64,000 nucleotides of DNA from Candidatus Latescibacterota bacterium (GTDB taxonomy: Bacteria > Latescibacterota > UBA2968): assembly GCA_965198115.1 (NCBI GenBank), contig OZ240241.1:4160001-4224000 (forward strand). The letters run 5' to 3'. The notes below the pieces were generated by a model. It worked only from the letters and a program-made list of their open reading frames with translations. It was not told the origin of the DNA and searched no databases. Made by a program: the position numbers and the translations under genes. This document shows, piece by piece, positions 29,065 to 39,538 of this stretch (within the stretch, counting starts at the first letter, position 1; each line of letters opens with the position of its first letter).

Positions 29065-30282
29065 TCAGATCGAGGGGATCGCTTCGATCACTCCGATCTC
29101 TTCATTCGATAAATAACACGCCGGGTCCTCCGCCCACGGATCGCCGTAAGCCGCCCAGGCGCGTACCCTCTGGCTTCCACCGCACATCTTTATGAAAGCG
29201 CAGTTCTTACATCGTCCCTTGAGCAACGGAAGACGGTTCTTCAGCCCCGCCATCAATGGATCCGATTCATCCATCCAGATCTCGCTGAACGGACGATGCT
29301 TCACGTTTCCGAAGCTGTAATCCATCCAGAACTGATCGGCGTGGACGTTTCCGTTGAAGTCGATATCGGCGATCCCCACGCCGGAACTGTGTGCCCCTCT
29401 CCCGTTCCATTCCAGGAGCTGGCGAACCTGCTCGGCCCTGTCTGGATCCTGCTCGAGCAACTTCAGATACAGGAACGGGCCGTCGCAATGGTTGGCGACA
29501 GTCAGAACATCCACTGTATGACCCCTGTCGAACAGGTCACGCGTTTTCTCCGCGATCGTTTCCATCGCGTGGCGCGCTTCCGATGGAAGAAGATCATCAT
29601 CCCGCAGTCCACGGCCCCGGCCCGAATAGGCCAGGTGGTAGAAACAGACGCGCTCGATCTGCTCTTCCTGGACAAAGCTGAAGATACCGTCCAGATCTTC
29701 GACGTTGTGGCGCGTCATCGTCATACGGAGACTGATCGGAAGTCCGGCCGCTTTGCAGTTTCGGATGCCGTCCACGGCGCGTTCGAAAGCCCACGGCTTG
29801 CCGCGGAACACGTTGTTCACCGCACCGATGCCGTCGAGACTGGCCCCCACGTAGGTGATCCCCATCTCTTTGAGCCGCTGTGCCGTCTCTGGACGGATGA
29901 GCGTGGCGTTGGTCGACAGGACGCATCGCAGACCGAGGTCGCGAGCATAGCCCAGATAGTCCCAAAAGTCAGGGTGAACAAGCGGCTCGCCCCCGGACAT
30001 CAGCAGGGCCGGGATCCCGAACTCGGCGAGGTCCTCGAGCATCGCGTGCGCCTGGTCGATAGTCAGCTCATCGGGATACCTCTTGGCATCGGAATCCGAA
30101 TAGCAGTGGATGCAACGTAGATTGCAGGTGCGCGTGATGTTCCACACGACCACCGGACGCCGTTCCGCCGCGCTCCTCGCCCTCTTATGCGCGTGTTTGA
30201 CGCCGGGACTCGCCCGTTCACCGTATCTCAGAGGGTCGTGGGCGAAAGACGTGTCGCAGAGAAGCTTCGAAAGAGCGATCAT
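29065..30282 (-). CDS. ahbC: Radical SAM/SPASM protein AhbC (NirJ1-like, Fe-coproporphyrin synthase)
   Basis: RPVVVWNITRTCNLRCIHCY, FYHLAYSGRG, LTVANHCDG, SSGVGI, VHADQFW. Confidence 0.85.
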   Translation of the reverse strand: MIALSKLLCDTSFAHDPLRYGERASPGVKHAHKRARSAAERRPVVVWNITRTCNLRCIHCYSDSDAKRYPDELTIDQAHAMLEDLAEFGIPALLMSGGEPLVHPDFWDYLGYARDLGLRCVLSTNATLIRPETAQRLKEMGITYVGASLDGIGAVNNVFRGKPWAFERAVDGIRNCKAAGLPISLRMTMTRHNVEDLDGIFSFVQEEQIERVCFYHLAYSGRGRGLRDDDLLPSEARHAMETIAEKTRDLFDRGHTVDVLTVANHCDGPFLYLKLLEQDPDRAEQVRQLLEWNGRGAHSSGVGIADIDFNGNVHADQFWMDYSFGNVKHRPFSEIWMDESDPLMAGLKNRLPLLKGRCKNCAFIKMCGGSQRVRAWAAYGDPWAEDPACYLSNEEIGVIEAIPSI

Positions 30283-30316
30283 CGAACCGGCCTCCGCTCG
30301 TGCCTGCCTTGAGCCA

Positions 30317-30913
30317 CTACGCTGTGGATAAAATCGGGTCGGACTCGGTGTGCTCCAGTACCACCTCCTCCGTGTCGATGAAGCGTGCGGCCCGACTCCG
30401 TTTGCATCGGAGATAGTGTTTGATCACGCCGCCGAAGTCCCCACACACGCGGCCCGTCGCGGCGTATCTCAATGGTTGTGCAGGAAGGTGGCCGCTGCGG
30501 GGTGTGGACTCCCGCTCGATCTCCACAGCGTCCAACTCGACACCGTCCGGCAGGTCTTCGGTCAAGAAGCGACACTCGCGAATCATATCTTGGTTGTACA
30601 CCTCGAGTGCAAATCCGAATTCCGCAGTGTGAATCACTGTAGCCGAATTCAGACGTATTCCGATAGCAGGTTCCGCCTCCACGACAGCTTGCTGCAACGC
30701 TTCGACGACCCGATTCTCGACGCACACGTGAACGAGATTCTCCAGATCGAACAGCTCACCTAGAACGTCTTTGAGGGTTTCCCGTCGGATTCCCGTCTTT
30801 CTATGGAAGAAGTATTCGAACGGGTTCCCCATCCCACTTCGAAACCCCATCAAAAACCCCTTCACCAGTGGGAACGACCCCTCGATAACGAGTTCGGAGA
30901 ATGTTGTGATCAA
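30317..30913 (-). CDS. Hypothetical protein
   Basis: 198-aa ORF, co-oriented and tightly spaced within the ahb cluster. Confidence 0.55.
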   Translation of the reverse strand: MITTFSELVIEGSFPLVKGFLMGFRSGMGNPFEYFFHRKTGIRRETLKDVLGELFDLENLVHVCVENRVVEALQQAVVEAEPAIGIRLNSATVIHTAEFGFALEVYNQDMIRECRFLTEDLPDGVELDAVEIERESTPRSGHLPAQPLRYAATGRVCGDFGGVIKHYLRCKRSRAARFIDTEEVVLEHTESDPILSTA

Positions 30914-30936
30914 ACCGGCTCCTTTCGACGAACCGA

Positions 30937-31704
30937 CTATCCTGACGGGAATACGCCCATCCGCTCAAGGGCCGCAATCGCCCTGTGCATCCGGGGCGAA
31001 CGTTCGATCGCTGCCCGATAGGACACCACCGCAAGCGCTCGATCCCCAAGCGTCTCGTGGATGATGCCCATCAGATAGTGCGGGCCGGCGAATCCTGCGT
31101 CCCGCTCCGCGGCCTCACGCAAGGCAGCCAGGGAAGCGATCAGCGCATCCCCCTCTGCAACCGGATCGGACACAGACACTCGGAAAAGCTGCAATCCCGC
31201 GACGTATGATTCGAACGCAGCCACGTTGTGCGTGGACGCCTCCGTCAGAAACCGGGCGTCCGCGCGGACAGCCGGAACGCCGAAGACCATTTGGACACGG
31301 TGCATAAGTACATCCAGCGCCTTGAGTGGTCTGTCCGTCGGTGTTCGATCCGTGACGCTCCTCAACACCTCCCCGGATGGAACGTCCACAATGCGGGCCT
31401 CAAGCTCCAGGAACGTTTCTTCGATGTGGTAGGATCCGGAAACGTAGCGATCGAATCCCCCTTTTCTCGCTACCCCCAATTCCTCTGTCCGAGGGACGGA
31501 TTCCGCAATCACGACGTCGGTCACACCGGAGATATGGAGAAGCCTCAACTCCAGTTCGGCGGAGAGCCCAACCCTCATCCACTCCCAGCTTGGAACGCTG
31601 GTTTGAGCCACAAACGGAAAAATCAGAATGCGGGACGATGCTTGGGCCGGCAGGGAACTGCTGAGCAGCAGCAATAGAACAGCAGATCGAATGAAAGATT
31701 TCAT
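30937..31704 (-). CDS. Secreted protein with TolB_N/FlgO-like domain and TPR
   Basis: Signal peptide; RILIFPF..WMRVGLS..VSGSY..ARIVDVPSGEVL; C-terminal TPR. Confidence 0.65.
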   Translation of the reverse strand: MKSFIRSAVLLLLLSSSLPAQASSRILIFPFVAQTSVPSWEWMRVGLSAELELRLLHISGVTDVVIAESVPRTEELGVARKGGFDRYVSGSYHIEETFLELEARIVDVPSGEVLRSVTDRTPTDRPLKALDVLMHRVQMVFGVPAVRADARFLTEASTHNVAAFESYVAGLQLFRVSVSDPVAEGDALIASLAALREAAERDAGFAGPHYLMGIIHETLGDRALAVVSYRAAIERSPRMHRAIAALERMGVFPSG

Positions 31705-31936
31705 CTCAGCCTCCTCTCGGCCTGAACCTGCAATTCGACCCATCTAAGGAGCCAACGAAAGGGGGGCGCAGGGCCAGCCGCGACGTCGAGTGGTAGTTCA
31801 GGTTAAGGGCCCACAGTGCTATGGGTTCTTATACAATACCCCAGGTGCAAGACCGTCGTCAGCGGGCTGTGTTGCCGATTTCGCTCACAAAGGTTGGAAC
31901 GCCCAGCAGCTTCTGAGAGCACTTCGCTGTTTGACC

Positions 31937-32947
31937 TCAGACGAAATACTTGACCCGTTCCTTCTTGAACTCTCGCGTCGAGTAGAGAATCTCACGATCC
32001 ACGTCACCAAAGCGTTTCACGACCTGGCAGACCACTCGATCGCAATCCGACGTCTCCCTCCCGTGAATCATCGTAAACAGGTTATACGGCCAGTCCTCGA
32101 ACATCGGTCGCTCGTAGCAGTGGCTGATCTCGGGGATCTCTGCGCAGAACCGGCCCACAGCCTCGACCCGCGCAGAAGGCACCGCCCACACGACCATCGC
32201 ATTGGCCGCAAAGCCAACAGCCCGATGGTGCAGAACAGCCGCGACCCGACGTATGCGGCCAGTGTCAGTCATTCTCCTGATCCAGTCGAGAAGCGCGTCT
32301 TGAGTGACGATCAGCCTGACAGCCATGGGGGCGAACGGCTCAGCTACGACGGGAAAGTCTTCTTGCAGCACACGGACGAACGCCTTGTCCCGTTCGGTCA
32401 ACGGCGTGAGCGGACCGGGGTGGCTTGGACCGTCAGACGCAGACACCGGCCGACGGTCTCGACCATTCAGACCCAACCGAACGCCGATTCGAAAGGTTCG
32501 GATCGCCGGCAGGATTAGATATCGCACGAACCCGGCCTTGCCCGCCAGATCGTCAGCGGCCGCAGCCAAATCTTCGCCCGGTGGTGTCGCAAGGGTGAAC
32601 CAGAGATTGTAGCGGTGGTCCCGCTCGTAGTTGTGACTCACACCGGGGTGCGCACTCACCACCGCAGCGCCAGCTTCGAGACGATCGGGGGGTAGTTCCG
32701 CGGCGATCAACGTGCTCTCATACCCGAGTTTGCGTGTGTCGAAAATCGCGCTGATCTGTCGGATGATGCCGGAATCCCGCAGACGGTTAACGCGATCGAT
32801 TACGCTGGCTTCGGTCGAGGCGATCGTCTTCGCTACCGCGGCGTACGGCCGCAGGGTCACGGGGAATTCAACCTGAAGCTCATCCAGCAGAACCTTGTCC
32901 TCATCGTCGATTTTGACTCTTTCGTTGACCGATTCCGCGATGTTCAT
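31937..32947 (-). CDS. ahbAB: Fused siroheme decarboxylase AhbA-AhbB (Lrp/AsnC-like, NirDL/GH-type)
   Basis: IIRQISAIFDTRKLGYESTL, HPGVSHNYER..YNLWFT; second half ANAMVVW, ISHCYERP..WPYNLFTMIH. Confidence 0.88.
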   Translation of the reverse strand: MNIAESVNERVKIDDEDKVLLDELQVEFPVTLRPYAAVAKTIASTEASVIDRVNRLRDSGIIRQISAIFDTRKLGYESTLIAAELPPDRLEAGAAVVSAHPGVSHNYERDHRYNLWFTLATPPGEDLAAAADDLAGKAGFVRYLILPAIRTFRIGVRLGLNGRDRRPVSASDGPSHPGPLTPLTERDKAFVRVLQEDFPVVAEPFAPMAVRLIVTQDALLDWIRRMTDTGRIRRVAAVLHHRAVGFAANAMVVWAVPSARVEAVGRFCAEIPEISHCYERPMFEDWPYNLFTMIHGRETSDCDRVVCQVVKRFGDVDREILYSTREFKKERVKYFV

Positions 32948-33054
32948 GTCTATTCCTCCCAGTTACACATGCTGCCCGGGAACCTCCGGATCTGCGGGCG
33001 ATTCCAATCAGCTGGATTCAGTGTCGTGGGCACGCGATGGCACGTCCGCGAACA

Positions 33055-34113
33055 TCATCTCGAGAGTGGCTGGAGGAATTCGACCGAGGCAGACCCCTCT
33101 TTTTGAAACGACAGACCCGATGTAGCGCGGGCGTGCGTGCTAGGCCCTTCTCCTCTCCATACAATGAGTCCTTCCGCGTCTTCGATTCTTTCAAGCAGCG
33201 CGATCCCTTCGTCCGGCCCCAAAACAAACAGAGCCGTGGAAAGCGCGTCGGCGTCGACACCGGTTGGTGTCACAACCGTTGCGATGAGCATCCCATCGAC
33301 GGGCCTGCCCAAACGTGGGTCTAGGACGTGGCCATAACGCCTGCCTTCGATTGTGACGAATCTTTCATACCCTCCTGACGAGGCAATGGACGCATCTCGT
33401 AAGCGTATCGTCCCCAACAGATCATCTAATTTCAGCGGATTCTCGATTCCCACGGTCGATCCAGGTCCCTGGCCGAAGCTGAGCATATTGCCGCCCAGAT
33501 CGACTACGGCGCCGTGTGCCCCGTTCTTTCTGAGGGCCACAACCGCCCGATCGAGCGCGTAGCCCTTCGCGATTCCGCCCAGGTCGACTTCAACGCCCGG
33601 TTCCAGTCGTGCTCGTTGGCCATCCGGATGAAGGTGGACTCTTCTGTAATCAACCGATTCCAGGTGTCGCGCGATCTCTTCATCTTTTGGAATCCTGGGA
33701 GGTCCTCCCCGAAACCCCCAGAGTCGCATCAGTCCCAACACGGTAATGTCAAATGCACCTTCGCTCAGTTCTCCATAGGTGCGAGCTCTGTGAAGCACGT
33801 CATACACTCTCGAATCAACTTCCAACCACTGCGATCCTGCGGCCTTGTTGAGCTGCGAGATCTGGCTGTCTGGCTTATACGTGCTCATTAAGCGGTCCAC
33901 GTCGGTCATCTCCTGAAATCCAGCCTGGATCGCCTTCTCGCACATCTCAGCCGTCTCTGCCCGGACCTCGATTCGTGCGGTCGTCCCCATCAGGAACCGT
34001 CGATACTCGAGCGTTTCGGCTGTCGTTCGACCACCAATAAGCAGAATCAGGAGCATTGTAATGCATCGCACGTAGCGCATTCTGGCAAATCCTCTGGGTC
34101 GCTCGGGGACCAC
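33055..34113 (-). CDS. apbE: FAD:protein FMN transferase ApbE
   Basis: LMGT, MSTYKPDSQISQLN, GAFDITV, DLGGIAKGYALD, ASSGGYER, HVLDPRLG, ADALSTA. Confidence 0.95.
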   Translation of the reverse strand: MVPERPRGFARMRYVRCITMLLILLIGGRTTAETLEYRRFLMGTTARIEVRAETAEMCEKAIQAGFQEMTDVDRLMSTYKPDSQISQLNKAAGSQWLEVDSRVYDVLHRARTYGELSEGAFDITVLGLMRLWGFRGGPPRIPKDEEIARHLESVDYRRVHLHPDGQRARLEPGVEVDLGGIAKGYALDRAVVALRKNGAHGAVVDLGGNMLSFGQGPGSTVGIENPLKLDDLLGTIRLRDASIASSGGYERFVTIEGRRYGHVLDPRLGRPVDGMLIATVVTPTGVDADALSTALFVLGPDEGIALLERIEDAEGLIVWRGEGPSTHARATSGLSFQKEGSASVEFLQPLSR

Positions 34114-34272
34114 ACCATCGTATCCTTACGTGGTGGGAATGGCTAATTCCTCGGTGCTCCGGCTCTTATCCAGGCCAGAACATCCTGGAACGCGTTACTG
34201 GTCTCTGAAAACTGAGTGCCTCCTCCGTGTGCTGAGGAATTCGTCGCCTTCGTGAGGAGGATGCTCTTTTTA

Positions 34273-35692
34273 GGCTCTATCCGGGTTTCTCAACGGTGAA
34301 ACTATAGAATGACAAGGTCATAGATCGTTCCCTACGCTTGGTTGTGTGTGTAGGACAATCAAAGCGAAGGGGGTGCGACCTATGACCGGGAGCAGATTAC
34401 TATCGAAACTGCTGAGATTCAAGGGGTTCCGTGTTGTCAGCTGGTGGTTTGAGGGGAGAAGCTGTTTCGTCATCGCCGTAAAGCCACATAAGAATGGTTG
34501 TTGTTGTCCGGAGTGCGGCCGTCGAGGTAAAATCGTCCGCACAATGCCCCATCCGCGTCGGTGGCGTGACATTCCGGTGTGCGGGTGGAGGGTCTGGCTT
34601 CTCTACCATCCTCGGGAGATTCGGTGTCCTACCCACGGTCGTGTGGTCGAGGAGATTCCGTGGGCGGAGCGGTTCTCTCGGGTGACGTATCGCTTCGAGT
34701 ATGCCATGCTGCGCTACTGCCAGACCATGACGCAGAAGGCGGCGTCCGAGTTACTGCGCATCTCTGCCTCGACGCTGTCGGATCTCCGTCACCGATCCAT
34801 CACGCGGCTTCGTGAAGGTCATCGTATCCGAGGGCTCAAAACCATCGGGATCGACGAGATCTCCTACGCCAAGCGTCACAGGTACGCCACGCTCGTTTAC
34901 GATCTGGACCGCTCCTGCGTGGTGTGGGTTGGCCGCGGCAGGGCGCGTAAAACGATCGATCGGTTCTTCACAGAGGCTCTCAGTCCCTACCAGAGATCCA
35001 AGATCGAGTGGGCCTGCTGCGACATGAGCGAAGCTTACATCGGAGCCATCCAGGAACACTGTCCGAATGCCAAGCTGGTCCTCGATCGCTTTCACATCGT
35101 CAAGGCTCTCAATGCCGCCGTTGACGAGGTCCGTAAGGACCAGTGGCGTAAAGCTGCCCCGGATGAGCGCAAAGCCATGAAGGGCCTCCGATGGCTCCTC
35201 TACCGGCACTCAGCGACACGCTCCAGAGGGGATACTCGGACACTCAAAGCACTGGAGAAGGCGAACTACCGAATCTATAGAGCCTGGAGACTCAAGGACG
35301 AGTTCGAGCAGTTCTGGGAATACAAAGCGCCCTGGGCTGCCGAACGCTTCCTGAAATGCTGGACGACGTCCGCACTCAGAAGTCGACTTGAACCCCTGCG
35401 AAAGTTCGTCAGGACCCTGCGACAGCACTTCTTCGGCGTCCTCGCATTCGTGAACACGCGTCTTACCAACGCCATCGCCGAAGGCCTCAACCGAATCGTC
35501 CAAATCGTCAAGAACCGAGCCAGCGGATTCCGCACACTCGACGCATTCAACGATATGATCTTCCTTACCGTCGGAGACATAAACATCCCTGAGCAGATTC
35601 CGAAGAGGTTCCGCACACGCTAACCGCGCCCCCATGCCAGGAACCACGGCACCTTCACCCACTTCATCTCGTTGAGAGATCCGGATATAGCC
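34273..35692 (+). mobile_element. ISL3-family insertion sequence
   Basis: IRs GGCTCTATCCGGGTTTCTCAACG / CGTTGAGAGATCCGGATATAGCC; 8-bp target duplication TCTTTTTA (34265-34272, 35693-35700). Confidence 0.93.
34382..35623 (+). CDS. ISL3 transposase
   Basis: CPECG zinc finger, IGIDEISY, CDMSEAY, DRFHIVK, TNAIAEGLN..GFR. Confidence 0.95.
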   Translation: MTGSRLLSKLLRFKGFRVVSWWFEGRSCFVIAVKPHKNGCCCPECGRRGKIVRTMPHPRRWRDIPVCGWRVWLLYHPREIRCPTHGRVVEEIPWAERFSRVTYRFEYAMLRYCQTMTQKAASELLRISASTLSDLRHRSITRLREGHRIRGLKTIGIDEISYAKRHRYATLVYDLDRSCVVWVGRGRARKTIDRFFTEALSPYQRSKIEWACCDMSEAYIGAIQEHCPNAKLVLDRFHIVKALNAAVDEVRKDQWRKAAPDERKAMKGLRWLLYRHSATRSRGDTRTLKALEKANYRIYRAWRLKDEFEQFWEYKAPWAAERFLKCWTTSALRSRLEPLRKFVRTLRQHFFGVLAFVNTRLTNAIAEGLNRIVQIVKNRASGFRTLDAFNDMIFLTVGDINIPEQIPKRFRTR

Positions 35693-35985
35693 TCTTTTTA
35701 GGCTCGTTCAAATCGATCTGGGGGATGACCTGATCGTAGGCCTGAGGCCCATCACCATAGGTCCAGTTTCCGGTGCCACCCGCGTGACACTGAGTACATC
35801 TCTTCAAGGCTGGTTTGACCGAAACGTTGAAACTGACGGCGCCCGCGATCCCATCTTGCAGATCGCCTCCGGCGCCTTCCAGTCCGCGGCTGAAAGGATG
35901 CTCGGTACCACAGCTCGCGAGGATTCATCACGACAGGAAGCAGACTGACCGTTACAACCATTGATTTTTTCATGGCTCGACCTCC

Positions 35986-36576
35986 TTACTGTGGGTGCTT
36001 GGCATTCTTTCGACCCAGGAAGTCGACGATACATACACCGTGCTGAACGCCGAGGGCAACAGCGGACGATGTGTGCGTGGCTCCTGTTATGCCGATCACA
36101 TCCTTACCCAATCTGAAGGAGTGGCCTTTGTTGTATCCGATGAACTGAGACATAAAGGACTTCCGCATGGCCGGCTTCCCACGTTCCTCCCCGAAGACCG
36201 TGAACCCGATATCGTATACCTGTCCGTCATCCTTATTTACCGCAACCACGAGTTGAAGTGGGCCTTCCTTTCCTTCGATGTCCACCACCACCGCGTAGCC
36301 TATCGGCTGCTTGTCTTCATCGATGCCCGTGTAGATAACGTATTGCTCGTTGGGATCGAAACCGTAGGTCTTGGCAACCTCTTCCTGTTCGGACTGTGTG
36401 AGAGTGACTGCTCGCTTCCTGAGACTGCGGGCCCCCTTCTTCTGGAGCATCCCCTTCAGCGCATCCCGTAGCGTGACGACCCCCGTCATCTGGCCCGAGA
36501 CGTTGACCTGAACGAACGAGAACATCACAGTCGCGAAAAACCCAGCTACGAGTAGACCAACCCACGTTCGGCCCAT
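35986..36576 (-). CDS. FMN-binding (FMN_bind, RnfG/NosR-like) exported protein
   Basis: N-terminal hydrophobic segment; EERG..FMSQFIG; flavinylation-type motif GITGATHTS. Confidence 0.85.
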   Translation of the reverse strand: MGRTWVGLLVAGFFATVMFSFVQVNVSGQMTGVVTLRDALKGMLQKKGARSLRKRAVTLTQSEQEEVAKTYGFDPNEQYVIYTGIDEDKQPIGYAVVVDIEGKEGPLQLVVAVNKDDGQVYDIGFTVFGEERGKPAMRKSFMSQFIGYNKGHSFRLGKDVIGITGATHTSSAVALGVQHGVCIVDFLGRKNAKHPQ

Positions 36577-36584
36577 AGCACCCC

Positions 36585-37163
36585 TCACTGGGCAGAGGAT
36601 CTGCGGAACCACATTTGATAGATGCTGATTCCAAAAACCAGCGCGAAAGAGACAGCCATAACGGATCCGGACAGCATCACCATCCAGGCGAACCCCGGAC
36701 CGATGAATCGTGTCAGCAAAATGCTCCCGATATCGAAAACCGACGCGACGAACGGTGCCAGGATCAGGACCTGCTTCCCTAACACTGGCATCCGGGCAAA
36801 CGAAACGATGAAACCACAGATGAAAAAGATCATCGCGTAGCTGAGCAGGTGGAAATGGCCTTCGGCCACGAGACTTTTAAAACTGGGGATGGGTCTTACG
36901 GGCTCATCTCCCTGTTCAGCCTCGAACTCCTCGAAGCTGAATTCCTGCTCGGCTGGTGCATCGTCCTGCTCGAGCGATCTGCGCGTAGCTTCGTTGCCCC
37001 AATAGTGCTCGACGATCTTCACAGGTGTCAGCCCAACGGCCAGCCCTACGTTAGCCAGTGCGAAGAGATACCCCATACCGAGCGTCAACAGTGTTGCGGT
37101 AAACAGAATGCGAATTGTCGTCGGCAGTTCGGTCAGCGTGAGCTGTAAAAGGGTCTTGGTCAC
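36585..37163 (-). CDS. Four-TM membrane protein with HxH motif (possible b-heme/quinone-interacting)
   Basis: Four hydrophobic segments, acidic loop, LVAEGHFHLLSY. Confidence 0.6.
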   Translation of the reverse strand: MTKTLLQLTLTELPTTIRILFTATLLTLGMGYLFALANVGLAVGLTPVKIVEHYWGNEATRRSLEQDDAPAEQEFSFEEFEAEQGDEPVRPIPSFKSLVAEGHFHLLSYAMIFFICGFIVSFARMPVLGKQVLILAPFVASVFDIGSILLTRFIGPGFAWMVMLSGSVMAVSFALVFGISIYQMWFRRSSAQ

Positions 37164-37212
37164 GACCTGCTCCTTCGCGGTGGATCCGGGACTGCTGATT
37201 CCCGGGGAACGG

Positions 37213-38412
37213 CTACTCAGAGAATCTCAGCTGCGCCGATTCTGTCGACACAGCGTGAGCAATGGCTGCGTTGTCGAACACGGCGACCCCGAACGGGAAG
37301 ACTGCCCCAAGATCGCTGAACTGCACGTCCATTGCCCCACTACCCGTCTCCAGGGACCGTCTGAACTCCAGCGTCCACACCCCAGTGTATCTACCGACGG
37401 CATCGATATCGCCCCGATCCCCTTCGACCGGTCTTGTGAACACGCTCGGAGGAAGCTGGCTACCATCCCGGTGATAGCGAACATCTGTATTGGGGTCGAT
37501 CGCTGTGCCGTCGCTGAGCGTGAGGGCGCCCATAGCGTCTACGTCCGTGACCGCCAGGGCGAGACCCGCATCCTGTAGTACTGGATTCGACCCGTCCGTC
37601 TCCACCCAGTAGTATCGTTGGGGCGCATCCGGGATTATGAATTTGGGCACACTCACTCCGTTCAGCGTCTGTTTGTTGTTCGAGTAGGCACCTGTACCAG
37701 GATCGCTCTTTCGGCCACCGTTCCTGGCAGATCGCTGGGAGTCCGTGTACTGATCGTCATACGTGTCTTGTGACGTGTTCCGAACGGATTTCCAGTGCCA
37801 CATGTCCAATACTTCGCCGGCTGCATTCGTGTATTTGAGAGCAGTCTTCCCTCCGTTATTGCTGTTCGGATTCAGTCCCGTATGGCAGGCTACCCAGCAT
37901 CCCTGCTCTCCGAATCCGGCAACGGGGGTAGCCTCCCAAATCAGAGACAGCTTGTCCTCGTAGAAGGGCCTCCGGCTCACGGATCCGTCTGCAAACTGTG
38001 GCCATCGGGATTCTTGCTTCCACGCTCTCTCAGCCGGATCGAAAAACCAGGTCTCGCGATCCAGGTCGATCTGGGGATCATCCCACTGAGCCAGAAAGTA
38101 AATGTGGGAGTCATCATACATCGATTTGAGGATGACCTGGTATCCGCGACCTTCATACCCCGCAAACGCTTCGATGGCCGGTACCTCGGTGACGACCGAG
38201 ATGGCTGCAGCCTGCTCCCATTCATTACTCACAGCCATTCCATCGAGCACTGGAGGGGTCTGTGTTCTAGCCGCGATCAGTGTCGCGGGACCCTCAGCAG
38301 TCCCTCCTGATACAATCGTCTCGACGCCATCCCGATCACACGCGGGTTGCACCAACAGCAGCCCGACCGCGCTCAGGAGGGTCATCCGTCTCTTCAAGTG
38401 TCGAGTGATCAT
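37213..38412 (-). CDS. Ethylbenzene-dehydrogenase-related (EB_dh/DOMON-like) heme-binding lipoprotein
   Basis: Lipobox LVQPAC; PVLDG..W; LKSMYDD..IYFLAQWDD; YEDKLSLIW; CWVACH; DMWHWK; WTLEFRRSL; FGVAVFDN. Confidence 0.8.
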   Translation of the reverse strand: MITRHLKRRMTLLSAVGLLLVQPACDRDGVETIVSGGTAEGPATLIAARTQTPPVLDGMAVSNEWEQAAAISVVTEVPAIEAFAGYEGRGYQVILKSMYDDSHIYFLAQWDDPQIDLDRETWFFDPAERAWKQESRWPQFADGSVSRRPFYEDKLSLIWEATPVAGFGEQGCWVACHTGLNPNSNNGGKTALKYTNAAGEVLDMWHWKSVRNTSQDTYDDQYTDSQRSARNGGRKSDPGTGAYSNNKQTLNGVSVPKFIIPDAPQRYYWVETDGSNPVLQDAGLALAVTDVDAMGALTLSDGTAIDPNTDVRYHRDGSQLPPSVFTRPVEGDRGDIDAVGRYTGVWTLEFRRSLETGSGAMDVQFSDLGAVFPFGVAVFDNAAIAHAVSTESAQLRFSE

Positions 38413-38437
38413 GACACACCTCCTTGTCTGTTTTCCC

Positions 38438-39538
38438 CTAGAACTCAACGACCGCGTGCAACCGAAACAGATCGTTCGGTACTTCGTCTACTTCCTCGAA
38501 ATTCCAAAAGTGCTCCGCTATCACGACGAGGGGCCCCATGCGTCGGATGGCCGCGACGTTGATACTGTGCGTGTCGTTGTTCGTTACGACATCGTCGAAA
38601 TCGATGTAGGAACCGTACCTGACTCGGAAGGTCAGATCGGGTTGCCATCGTCCGTAGTGAACTTCGACAAAGTCTCCATACTTGTAATACCAGCCCTGGT
38701 CGTTGTTCGCAGACTCAACGAGAGTTCGATCCCTGATTTCCGCTCTGGCCGCCGCACCGCTAAACCGAAGATGGCGAATCCCCGGCGCCTTAAGCAGGCC
38801 GTAGGCCGTTGAGAAATCTCCGCCCCACAGGAAGACTTCCTGGTCATTGTCGGTACCCCATTTATTGTAGAGGGCGGAGCCTGCAACAGTCAGGCGGTCT
38901 TTGAGCGTCTTGATCGTCAACCGTTGGCCATACGCGAAAACGTCATCGCTGCCCCCGGCATTGAGCGCGAGGACCCGACCCGATGCTTCTTCGAATCCAC
39001 GGACGATATAGCTGTCGCCGAATACCGACAGACCCCGCCAATCTTTCAGGATGGGGTACCGGATCGATGCGCCTAGCTCTGCCCAGACATTGGGGAGCAA
39101 TTTCCCCGTGAAGGGATCTCCCTGGACGCCTCCGTAGTAGTGATGAAAAGGAGAGAGCCCGAATGGCACCCAGATCTTTCCCGCTTTCAGTTCGACGCCG
39201 TCCGTAAGTCGATACGTCATCTCATAGTAGACTTGATCGATCAGCTCTGCCTCGAGCAGCAACTTTTTGCTGATGTCTGCCTTTAGAAAAATGAAGTGGT
39301 GATACGTGCGGAATCGGTCAGGTTTTGCTCCGTCGCCACCGAGATTCTCCATCTCCAGGTTGAAGTCGAATCGTCCAGACAGGTGGATTCGGTCCGACCA
39401 GCTCTTCAGAGTATGTGGTGCTCTCTCTTCGACATCGTCGAAATCGACTTCCTCTTCCTCGTCATCTTCTGCGGCGTTGACAGTCGTAATCAGCAACGCG
39501 GCGAGGATGATCAAGGATCTGGCGACCCAGTTTGACAT
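38438..39538 (-). CDS. Outer-membrane beta-barrel (porin-like)
   Basis: GAGGTG RBS, signal peptide, amphipathic beta pattern, AGKIWVPFG, C-terminal FRLHAVVEF. Confidence 0.75.
   Translation of the reverse strand: MSNWVARSLIILAALLITTVNAAEDDEEEEVDFDDVEERAPHTLKSWSDRIHLSGRFDFNLEMENLGGDGAKPDRFRTYHHFIFLKADISKKLLLEAELIDQVYYEMTYRLTDGVELKAGKIWVPFGLSPFHHYYGGVQGDPFTGKLLPNVWAELGASIRYPILKDWRGLSVFGDSYIVRGFEEASGRVLALNAGGSDDVFAYGQRLTIKTLKDRLTVAGSALYNKWGTDNDQEVFLWGGDFSTAYGLLKAPGIRHLRFSGAAARAEIRDRTLVESANNDQGWYYKYGDFVEVHYGRWQPDLTFRVRYGSYIDFDDVVTNNDTHSINVAAIRRMGPLVVIAEHFWNFEEVDEVPNDLFRLHAVVEF

Larger units (their letters stand above)
34143..35973 (-). pseudogene. Monoheme c-type cytochrome lipoprotein (Planctomycete cytochrome C-like), split by ISL3 and carrying a +1 frameshift
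   Basis: AAGGAGG RBS; after removing one A near 35925 and the IS it reads MKKSMVV..MILASC..SFNVSVKPALKRCTQCH..DLNEPKKSILLTKA..HGGG..VLAWIRAGAPRN*. Confidence 0.78.

Noticed and set aside
31836-31851. sigma54-like TGACGACGGTCTTGCA
   Set aside because: GA instead of GG at -24 and no enhancer motif found upstream
34120-34200. Cluster of GGA motifs upstream of apbE
   Set aside because: Mostly explained as the coding 3' end of the ISL3-split cytochrome c gene and an RBS
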